Below are positions 1 through 5,477 of a DNA stretch of 7,660 nucleotides, piece after piece (the first letter of the stretch is position 1; each line of letters opens with the position of its first letter). This stretch comes from a virus (Duplodnaviria; Heunggongvirae; Uroviricota; Caudoviricetes). A program made the position numbers and the translations under genes. The notes under the pieces are model-generated. The model was not told the DNA's origin, searched no databases, and saw nothing but the letters and a program-made list of their open reading frames with translations. The stretch is taken from IMG/VR virus record IMGVR_UViG_2579778529_000005, one strand, 5' to 3'.

Positions 1-893
1 TGTTTGCGCATTGATGCCGAGATACGCTTCCAGTCTTCGCGGTCGTTGTCGATAACTTCTTTTTTTGCCCAGCGATGGATGCTGCCGTCAATGTTTCCGG
101 CATCCACATCACCAGGCCAGAGAGCGTAGGCCAGTTCGTCATCCAGTGTTTTCCATGTCTGCTTGTATTCGCGATGAGTGGCAGCAATGACCGGGCTGAT
201 TTTTCCTGTTGAATTTTCAGTGTACTGTTGATTGGCTCTGGCGCGGGCGAGATCAACAACAGACGTGTATTTTCCGGTTTCCTTGCGTTCACCTTCGCGA
301 CGTTTTTTCCAGATGCGCATCTCTGCCTGAATTTCGGGCCATTTAGCACCAGGAATACATTTATGCTTAACCCACCCAATGGCGTGCAACTTAAGCTCCG
401 GATACATGGCGTTAACTTCTGGCATTTTCATCAACGCTTCAACGATATGTCCGTCGAATGTTGCCATGTCTTCCTGCAACAATTCCTGTGCGCTAATAAC
501 CATATCAACGGTGATGTTTTCACATGTGTCGAACTTAACCATGACAGCGTTCTGTACTTCAGGGGCCAGCTTGTCAAAAGTGACGTTCATCGGATCGGAT
601 TCAGTCTCAACCGGGACAAAAGAAGCAGACTCCTCATCCCAGCGGTTTTCCTGCATATATTCAGCATCCCATGAATCGAGGGCAGGGCGGGGTATGCCAG
701 GTTTATCCTCGCAGACAATAAATTTATAAGCGCAGTCCTGAGCAGCCGGATAATGTTCCAGGAATTGCCAGTGAAATTTTGCTCGAGCACGGCGTTCGTC
801 GCCAGCTTCAATGGCTGTGGCTACAGCCACAGCGCCTTCTTCCCTTGTTGCCAGTTCGTCAGGAATAGCGGCGCAAATAAAGACTTTACTCAT
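1..893 (-). CDS. Prophage protein of unknown function at the ydfE position (downstream of ydfD); N-terminal 297 codons present, C-terminus lies beyond the left window edge
   Basis: Hand translation of the minus strand from ATG at 893 (plus 'cat' 891-893) gives an open frame with no stop down to position 1 (MSKVFICAAIPDELATREEGAVAVATAIEAGDERRARAKFHWQFLEHYPAAQDC...). GAGG-containing RBS about 10 nt upstream. Absent from the supplied ORF track, presumably because it is open at the window edge. Same strand and order as the dicB operon. Confidence 0.75.
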   Translation of the reverse strand, partial: MSKVFICAAIPDELATREEGAVAVATAIEAGDERRARAKFHWQFLEHYPAAQDCAYKFIVCEDKPGIPRPALDSWDAEYMQENRWDEESASFVPVETESDPMNVTFDKLAPEVQNAVMVKFDTCENITVDMVISAQELLQEDMATFDGHIVEALMKMPEVNAMYPELKLHAIGWVKHKCIPGAKWPEIQAEMRIWKKRREGERKETGKYTSVVDLARARANQQYTENSTGKISPVIAATHREYKQTWKTLDDELAYALWPGDVDAGNIDGSIHRWAKKEVIDNDREDWKRISASMRK

Positions 894-986
894 TTTGTTT
901 TAACCTCATGACAGATTTAAGGATGAACAAATCCCTGCCATTGCTGGCATATAAGAATGAAACCGGATATTTATTACGGAACTGTT

Positions 987-1178
987 TTAAAGACCTGCCG
1001 GGATTTCGATATTATCCTGGTGAATAACTTTATCGACCGGGTAACAGTTACCGGGAATTTTCTGTTCGGTTGCTGCAGTCATACACTCCTGCATTGTCCT
1101 GTGAACACTGACTGCAATATCAACTGGCTCTCCGGAAACAAGAAAAACTGTCAGAACAAGCGCAAATGCTGAATTCAT
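987..1178 (-). CDS. ydfD: YdfD, 63-aa Qin-prophage small protein (reported lysis-inducing protein)
   Basis: Internal ATG at 1178 of track ORF 987..1232 gives MNSAFALVLTVFLVSGEPVDIAVSVHRTMQECMTAATEQKIPGNCYPVDKVIHQDNIEIPAGL, which I recall as E. coli K-12 YdfD. Its start overlaps the dicB stop (ATGA), as expected for coupled operon genes. Confidence 0.85.
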   Translation of the reverse strand: MNSAFALVLTVFLVSGEPVDIAVSVHRTMQECMTAATEQKIPGNCYPVDKVIHQDNIEIPAGL

Positions 1179-1363
1179 TGTGCACATCCTTTTGGCATCA
1201 GACGTAAACGAGCCAGCATTGAAACAATGCATATTTTATTTAATAGCTCCCGTTCTTGTTTTCTCTTGTTAATGGCATCTTCAGTAAATACAGGGTTACT
1301 GATAGTGACACCAATTTCAAAACAACCTTCAGACGTATTAACGTTTGGTAATAACGTTTTCAT
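1175..1363 (-). CDS. dicB: DicB, 62-aa cell-division inhibitor (MinC-interacting), translated from an in-phase internal start
   Basis: Internal ATG at 1363 of track ORF 1175..1468 gives MKTLLPNVNTSEGCFEIGVTISNPVFTEDAINKRKQERELLNKICIVSMLARLRLMPKGCAQ, matching my recollection of DicB. GAGGA RBS 8-12 nt upstream. The longer upstream frame fits the published in-phase internal start. Confidence 0.9.
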   Translation of the reverse strand: MKTLLPNVNTSEGCFEIGVTISNPVFTEDAINKRKQERELLNKICIVSMLARLRLMPKGCAQ

Positions 1364-1530
1364 TATCGCGTCCTCAACAATGAATTTTGTGATGCAGTGC
1401 CTGGTGCCTCCAGGTGACGTTAACCAGTTAACAATTAACGCCGGATACAGAGAATCCACCCATAACACTGTTTTTGGTTTTAACTGTTCCGCGTGCGCTT
1501 AGCCGCATTCACCGCATCACAAAATTCACT

Positions 1531-1575
1531 TTAAAAAGGGCGGCAGAGCAGTCACGGAGTAAAACTGATACCGCC
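1531..1575 (-). terminator. Rho-independent terminator forming the 3' end of DicF
   Basis: GC-rich stem GGCGG...CCGCC inside the 3' half of DicF, immediately followed by a T-run on the minus strand (plus-strand A-run 1533..1537). Confidence 0.7.
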
Positions 1576-1590
1576 AAACGTCACCAGAAA
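1538..1590 (-). ncRNA. dicF: DicF small regulatory RNA (53 nt; Hfq-dependent, targets ftsZ and other mRNAs)
   Basis: Reverse complement of 1538..1590 reads TTTCTGGTGACGTTTGGCGGTATCAGTTTTACTCCGTGACTGCTCTGCCGCCC, the DicF sequence as I remember it, followed by a U-run (plus 1531..1537 'ttaaaaa'). Confidence 0.85.
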
Positions 1591-1923
1591 ATTGATAACA
1601 GAGGGCGTTGCAGCGGGGTTGTCACTTAAGCGTATGGTCAACCTGACAACCCGGTGTCCTCAACGGGGAAGGAATAACCCCGCCATACTTACCGCCGCGC
1701 CATTTCGCGGGTTGCCACAACCGGAAGCGCACGGTCGACGAAAATTTAACGACAGGCTATCTATGAACCAGCTACCTCGCCGTGCGCTTTCGCGTTATGG
1801 TCTGACTTTTCAGGGAAATATCCTTTCAGTAAACTGTCAGTGCCGGATGTTCACCCGTGTCCGGCGCACGCACTCCACCTCACCCGTGGAGAACTCCTTA
1901 ATTACCAACCCTCAGGAGGGTGA

Positions 1924-2157
1924 ATGTTAAAATCAACTCTTATTGCTAAATGCCTTTATCAAAATCGCATGGTAAGCAGCATTTCAATAGGCGAGTCTGC
2001 AGTTAAAAGTATTTTCGAAGAGTACTTCCCCGGGCATGATTTTAATAAATGGAATACCAAATTACCGCCAGCAGTTTCAACGCGTATTCTGAAAGCAACT
2101 GAAAGAGCAAGTACAATTCGCGTTAACTATTTCATTAAAGATTTGTGGGATCTTTGA
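1924..2157 (+). CDS. Hypothetical 77-aa protein encoded opposite to the dicB operon; no recognisable domain
   Basis: ATG at 1924 preceded by a perfect AGGAGG (1914..1919) at 4-nt spacing. AT-rich coding sequence follows a GC-rich structured region. The 3' end overlaps the 3' end of the 135-aa gene by 23 bp. No homolog recognised. Confidence 0.5.
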   Translation: MLKSTLIAKCLYQNRMVSSISIGESAVKSIFEEYFPGHDFNKWNTKLPPAVSTRILKATERASTIRVNYFIKDLWDL

Positions 2158-2542
2158 TATCCACAGAGCCTAAAGTATGTGCATATGGATGTGCTATTGT
2201 GCGCCCTCGCAGATTTGCATCATTTTCTAAATTCACTGAACGAAACAGGGCATCAACAAGGCTCTGTACAATGCAAAGGCAATCGAAGACTGTCGCTGTT
2301 TCTGTTTTGATTGATGAAAGAACATGGCCATTCACGCAAACAGAAATTACCCGTTCATTAACATCGCTTTCCTGCTTTTGATTATCAGAACCATATAGCC
2401 CAGAAAAAGCATTGCGCACATTACGAACCATATTATCGATGGTTTCTTTTTTGGTGTATGCCGGGTCAATTTTCACCAGACTATCACCGAGAGTCGTTGC
2501 AGCAATTGTCTGGATTTCTTTTGGTAAATCTTTAAATTCCAT
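2135..2542 (-). CDS. Hypothetical 135-aa soluble protein, extra gene in the dicB operon between ydfC and dicF; function unknown
   Basis: ATG at 2542 with GAGG RBS, starting 22 bp downstream of the ydfC stop on the same strand. Intact 135-codon frame ending TAA at 2135..2137. I do not recognise the protein (MEFKDLPKEIQTIAATTLGDSLVKIDPAYTKKETIDNMVRNVRNAFSGLYGSDNQ...). Confidence 0.65.
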   Translation of the reverse strand: MEFKDLPKEIQTIAATTLGDSLVKIDPAYTKKETIDNMVRNVRNAFSGLYGSDNQKQESDVNERVISVCVNGHVLSSIKTETATVFDCLCIVQSLVDALFRSVNLENDANLRGRTIAHPYAHTLGSVDIKDPTNL

Positions 2543-2564
2543 TATTAGCCTCGTTGGTTAGCTA

Positions 2565-2783
2565 TTAACGTGGGTATGTAATCATTCTGGCAATGCTTAA
2601 TGCCGCTGCTTTTTCCAGATTGGTGATATCCTGCTCCAGAGCGGACAGATTTTCAGCCTGCTTAGCCCTGGCTTCATTAGCCCATTTCAGATCCTGCGCT
2701 GCATTAATTTTCTGGCGCATCCACTCATAAAGTTCATCATCGGTATAGTCTGGCGCGATTATGACGGGTTCTCGTTTCTGCAT
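2565..2783 (-). CDS. ydfC: YdfC, 72-aa Qin-prophage protein of unknown function
   Basis: MQKREPVIIAPDYTDDELYEWMRQKINAAQDLKWANEARAKQAENLSALEQDITNLEKAAALSIARMITYPR matches my recollection of K-12 YdfC. GAGGAA RBS 6 nt upstream of ATG at 2783. Confidence 0.85.
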   Translation of the reverse strand: MQKREPVIIAPDYTDDELYEWMRQKINAAQDLKWANEARAKQAENLSALEQDITNLEKAAALSIARMITYPR

Positions 2784-2812
2784 ACTGATTCCTCGCGGTG
2801 CTGTTTCGCTTA

Positions 2813-2941
2813 TCAGCCGTTAGATTTTGCCGAGCTGGAAAGCGCCTGTTTAAACTCACTGAAGCTGAGAGCTTCTTCGCCTTCGGCAAGGTCTTCGAAG
2901 TATTCTTCGTAAGCCTTTTCCATGATTGTGTCGAAATCCAT
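2813..2941 (-). CDS. ydfB: YdfB, 42-aa Qin-prophage small protein
   Basis: Not in the ORF track (too short). Hand translation of the minus strand from ATG 2941 gives MDFDTIMEKAYEEYFEDLAEGEEALSFSEFKQALSSSAKSNG then TGA (plus 2813..2815). The ydfA stop sits 1 nt before this ATG (TGATATG on the minus strand). Confidence 0.85.
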   Translation of the reverse strand: MDFDTIMEKAYEEYFEDLAEGEEALSFSEFKQALSSSAKSNG

Positions 2942-2942
2942 A

Positions 2943-3098
2943 TCACTCACCTGAGTTTCTTTCCAGCCAGCGACGGGCACCATTTTCGGTTTTAAACGTT
3001 TTGCTTTTGGTATACGTCATTGCGGTGAACGTGCCGTCCTGGTTTGGAAACACGCCGTACACCAGAGATTCGTTGTTGCCAAGATCGATAGTATCCAT
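2943..3098 (-). CDS. ydfA: YdfA, 51-aa Qin-prophage small protein (first gene of the dicB operon)
   Basis: Internal ATG at 3098 of track ORF 2943..3176 gives MDTIDLGNNESLVYGVFPNQDGTFTAMTYTKSKTFKTENGARRWLERNSGE. GAGG RBS 5 nt upstream. The longer track ORF starts with TTG at 3176 and would run through the operator region. Confidence 0.8.
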   Translation of the reverse strand: MDTIDLGNNESLVYGVFPNQDGTFTAMTYTKSKTFKTENGARRWLERNSGE

Positions 3099-3264
3099 GC
3101 TGACCTCATTTCCCCTTAACGCTGGGGTAGCGGAACTGTTTGCTGAGAACACCGTGCGGTGTGTTGATGCAAACAAGGTTAGCCATGACTAACATATCGG
3201 TCAAGTGATATTGTATGCTATAGCTAACATAATTGATGTGGTAAAAGATAACTCATTGATGATG
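3099..3264 (-). promoter_or_regulatory. PdicB promoter/operator region between dicA and ydfA, with DicA-operator-like palindrome GTTAGCCATGACTAAC (3178..3193)
   Basis: Intergenic on the operon strand. Contains GTTAG-N5-ACTAAC at 3178..3193 and a TTAGCTATAGCATA-like motif on the minus strand near 3215..3228, both recurring in the dicA-dicC intergenic region. Confidence 0.55.
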
Positions 3265-3672
3265 TTATCTTTTATTTGTCCGCTGACGGGCTTTTAGTAA
3301 TTCTTCAAAGAGTTTATTGAAGTTTTTTACTCGAGCTCGCATTTCGGCGAGCTGGGTATCCTGTTCTGATTCTGGCAGTGCATTAAACAGCTCAAGGAGC
3401 TCTAGTTCTTTGGGGGATAAGGCAACTGGCTTCTCAACAGGTGGTGTTGGTTGCTTGTCTTCATCGCCAAATAGAATCCATGTTGGTGAGCATTGCAATA
3501 CTTTGCTGAGGGCAAAAAGGTTCTTCCCTGTAGGTTCACTATCACCCCGTTCCCATTGTGATACAGACACATGGGAGATTTTCAGGGCTTTAGCAAGAGA
3601 CCTTTGGGTGTGTTTGAGGTTTTTCCGACGATACCTGATGCGTTCGCCGATAGTTAAATTTTTTGTTTCCAT
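3265..3672 (-). CDS. dicA: DicA, 135-aa XRE-family HTH repressor (cI/c2-like immunity repressor of the dicB operon)
   Basis: METKNLTIGERIRYRRKNLKHTQRSLAKALKISHVSVSQWERGDSEPTGKNLFALSKVLQCSPTWILFGDED... has an N-terminal HTH (QRSLAKALKISHVSVSQWERG) and matches K-12 DicA as I recall it. Divergent from dicC. Confidence 0.92.
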   Translation of the reverse strand: METKNLTIGERIRYRRKNLKHTQRSLAKALKISHVSVSQWERGDSEPTGKNLFALSKVLQCSPTWILFGDEDKQPTPPVEKPVALSPKELELLELFNALPESEQDTQLAEMRARVKNFNKLFEELLKARQRTNKR

Positions 3673-3755
3673 AGTTAGCTAATGCTAAATCGTATTGACT
3701 ATGTTTTTGTTAACATCTATCTTGTTAGTTATGACTAACAATAAAGGTGTTTTAA
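3673..3755. promoter_or_regulatory. Divergent dicA/dicC promoter-operator region: dicC promoter (-35 TTGACT 3695..3700, 17-bp spacer, -10 TATCTT 3718..3723) and operator palindrome TTGTTAGTtatgACTAACAA (3722..3741)
   Basis: Perfect 8-bp inverted arms with a 4-bp spacer overlapping the -10/+1 of the dicC promoter. Additional TTAGCTAATGCTAA motif at 3675..3688 just upstream of the dicA start. Confidence 0.6.
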
Positions 3756-3986
3756 ATGCTTAAAACTGACGCTCTTTTGTATTTCGGTTCAAAAACAAAA
3801 CTTGCACAAGCAGCAGGTATTCGTTTGGCTTCGCTTTATAGCTGGAAAGGGGATTTAGTTCCCGAAGGTCGCGCGATGCGTCTACAGGAGGCATCTGGCG
3901 GGGAGCTTCAGTATGATCCCAAAGTTTATGATGAATATCGTAAGACGAAGCGGGCGGGGCGGTTGAACAATGAAAATCACTCCTGA
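3756..3986 (+). CDS. dicC: DicC, 76-aa Cro-like regulator
   Basis: MLKTDALLYFGSKTKLAQAAGIRLASLYSWKGDLVPEGRAMRLQEASGGELQYDPKVYDEYRKTKRAGRLNNENHS matches K-12 DicC as I recall it. AAGGTG RBS. Divergent from dicA. Confidence 0.9.
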   Translation: MLKTDALLYFGSKTKLAQAAGIRLASLYSWKGDLVPEGRAMRLQEASGGELQYDPKVYDEYRKTKRAGRLNNENHS

Positions 3987-4491
3987 ACAGGCTCGTGAGG
4001 CTCTGGATGCCTGGATATGTCGACCAGGAATGACACAGGAGCAGGCGACGATATTAATCACTGAAGCATTCTGGGCTTTGAAAGAGCGCCCGAACATCGA
4101 TGTTCAGCGTGTCACATATGAAGGTGGCGCGATTGATCAGCGAGCGCTTGGCGTTAATCGAGTGAAGATATTTGAACGCTGGAAGGCTATCGACACCAGG
4201 GATAAGCGTGAAAAGTTCACGGCGCTAGTGCCTGCAATTATGGAGGCTATCCGGATTAATGATTTCAGGTTGTATCGTGAAATTACTGACGGAAAAAGCA
4301 TCACGTGCATGATCGCCGGGTTAAACAAAGAATATGGCGATGTGGTGGAGTCCGGACTGCTTTTTGCTGATCCTGCCGTAGTGGATCGTGAAACTGACGA
4401 ACTTATAGAAAAAGCAATTGCTTTCAAACTTGCGTATCGACAGCAATACCAACAAAAAGCTGGATGGAATTATGAGCCTTCTTTTTGCTGA
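3970..4491 (+). CDS. Hypothetical 173-aa phage protein at the position of a cII/YdaT-type early regulator (immediately after the cro-like gene); function not established
   Basis: ATG at 3970 overlaps the dicC 3' end by 17 nt, suggesting translational coupling. Frame is open for 173 codons. No recognisable motif; the assignment is positional only. Confidence 0.6.
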   Translation: MKITPEQAREALDAWICRPGMTQEQATILITEAFWALKERPNIDVQRVTYEGGAIDQRALGVNRVKIFERWKAIDTRDKREKFTALVPAIMEAIRINDFRLYREITDGKSITCMIAGLNKEYGDVVESGLLFADPAVVDRETDELIEKAIAFKLAYRQQYQQKAGWNYEPSFC

Positions 4492-5437
4492 ACGCCCACT
4501 GGTTATAAACACGCAGCTGGCAATGAAAATTGGCTTAAACGAAGCCATTGTTTTGCAACAACTGCACTACTGGTTGAGAGATACCAACTCCGGCATGGAA
4601 TGTGATGGTGTTCGCTGGATTTATAACACAACGGAACAATGGCTGGAACAGTTCCCATTCTGGTCAGAGTCAACGTTAAAGCGCGCGTTTGCAAGTCTGA
4701 AAACGCTGGGGCTTTTGCGTTGTGAAAAGCTCAATAAATCAAAGCGCGATATGACCAATTTCTACACGATCAACTATGGGAGCGAGCTTTTAGATGGTGG
4801 CAAATTGAGCGAATCCATCGGTTCAAAATGCGCCGCTCCATCAGGTCAAAATGACACGATGGAAGAGGTCAAAATGAAACGCTCCATTGGTTCAAAACGA
4901 CCCAATGTCATCGGGTCAAAATGGCCTGATGATCTTACAGAGAATACAACAGAGATTACTACAGAGAATAAAAACACTTTTCGTCCGGAAGCTTCGCAAC
5001 CGGACCCGCAGACGACTGAACAGGATTTTTTAACCCGGAACTCCGACGCGGTTGTGTTTAGTGCGAAAAAACGCCAGTGGGGTAGCAGGGAGGATTTGGC
5101 GTGTGCGCAGTGGATCTGGGGGCGGATCGTGGGTCTCTACGAACAGGCAGCCAGTGATGATGGCGAGATCATGCGACCAAAAGAGCCTAACTGGACTGCC
5201 TGGGCCAATGACGTGCGCACAATGCGGATGCTGGATGGCAGAAGCCACAGACAAATTTGCGAAATGTTTGGTCGGGTTCAGCGAGATCCATTCTGGGTAA
5301 AAAACATCATGAGCCCGTCAAAGCTCCGCGAAAAATGGGACGAACTGGTCATCCGCCTGGGACGTTCACCTGTACAGCGTTGTGTTAATCATATTTCTGA
5401 ACCGGATACAGAAATTCCGCCTGGTTTCAGAGGATAA
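4472..5437 (+). CDS. Phage replication initiator (lambda O-like), 321 aa from ATG 4472, with origin iterons inside the coding sequence
   Basis: N-terminal region MSLLFAERPLVINTQLAMKIGLNEAIVLQQLHYWL... looks like the DNA-binding domain of O-type initiators. Central SIGSK/GSK repeats are encoded by five 23-bp-phased iterons followed by an AT-rich tract, the classic lambdoid ori-in-O layout. The track start at 4418 is a TTG; ATG 4472 is preferred. Confidence 0.75.
   Translation: MSLLFAERPLVINTQLAMKIGLNEAIVLQQLHYWLRDTNSGMECDGVRWIYNTTEQWLEQFPFWSESTLKRAFASLKTLGLLRCEKLNKSKRDMTNFYTINYGSELLDGGKLSESIGSKCAAPSGQNDTMEEVKMKRSIGSKRPNVIGSKWPDDLTENTTEITTENKNTFRPEASQPDPQTTEQDFLTRNSDAVVFSAKKRQWGSREDLACAQWIWGRIVGLYEQAASDDGEIMRPKEPNWTAWANDVRTMRMLDGRSHRQICEMFGRVQRDPFWVKNIMSPSKLREKWDELVIRLGRSPVQRCVNHISEPDTEIPPGFRG
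4814..4976 (+). repeat. Putative replication origin: five about 17-bp iterons (consensus TCCATCGGTCAAAATG) phased every 23-24 bp (starts 4814, 4837, 4860, 4883, 4907), then an AT-rich tract with three ACAGAGA(A/T)TA repeats (4937..4970)
   Basis: Direct repeats read from the sequence. The architecture matches lambda ori (iterons plus AT-rich DNA-unwinding element within O). Confidence 0.65.
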
Positions 5438-5477
5438 GTGTTGATTTCAGGTCATGAGGTTATTTTAAGGGGGACTT

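Noticed and set aside
228-811. Track ORFs 228..674 (+), 379..729 (+) and 587..811 (-)
   Set aside because: All lie inside the long minus-strand gene (1..893), in antisense or alternative frames, with low-complexity or odd composition and no convincing RBS.
957-1502. Track ORFs 957..1172 (+), 1227..1502 (+), and the long forms 987..1232 (-) and 1175..1468 (-)
   Set aside because: The plus-strand ORFs are antisense to ydfD/dicB. The long minus-strand forms are N-terminal extensions; the known products start at internal ATGs (1178 and 1363) with their own RBSs.
1591-1923. Retron msr/msd or tRNA/tmRNA-like element in the structured region
   Set aside because: No reverse transcriptase ORF nearby, no long a1/a2 flanking inverted repeats, and no cloverleaf-compatible arrangement. 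Kept only as a generic structured-RNA candidate.
1592-1930. 112-aa plus-strand ORF rich in Arg/Pro/Gly
   Set aside because: It lies in the GC-rich hairpin region, has no RBS, and its composition looks like translated structured RNA/DNA rather than protein. Treated as non-coding.
2145-2381. 78-aa plus-strand ORF
   Set aside because: Antisense within the better-supported 135-aa minus-strand gene; no RBS.
2737-3192. Track ORFs 2737..2946 (-), 2798..2995 (+), 2926..3192 (+) and the long form 2943..3176 (-)
   Set aside because: They overlap ydfA/ydfB in wrong frames or on the wrong strand. The long ydfA form starts at a TTG inside the operator region; ATG 3098 with its RBS is preferred.
3317-3682. 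121-aa plus-strand ORF
   Set aside because: Antisense to dicA, which is a confidently identified HTH repressor.
4418-4471. TTG start at 4418 for the O-like gene (339-aa form)
   Set aside because: TTG start with no RBS and a 74-bp overlap with the upstream gene. ATG 4472 gives a typical initiator N-terminus.
4814-4976. Possible CRISPR array suggested by the regularly spaced direct repeats
   Set aside because: The repeats are about 17 bp with a 23-bp period and no spacer/repeat alternation of CRISPR size. They lie inside a coding sequence and fit replication-origin iterons.
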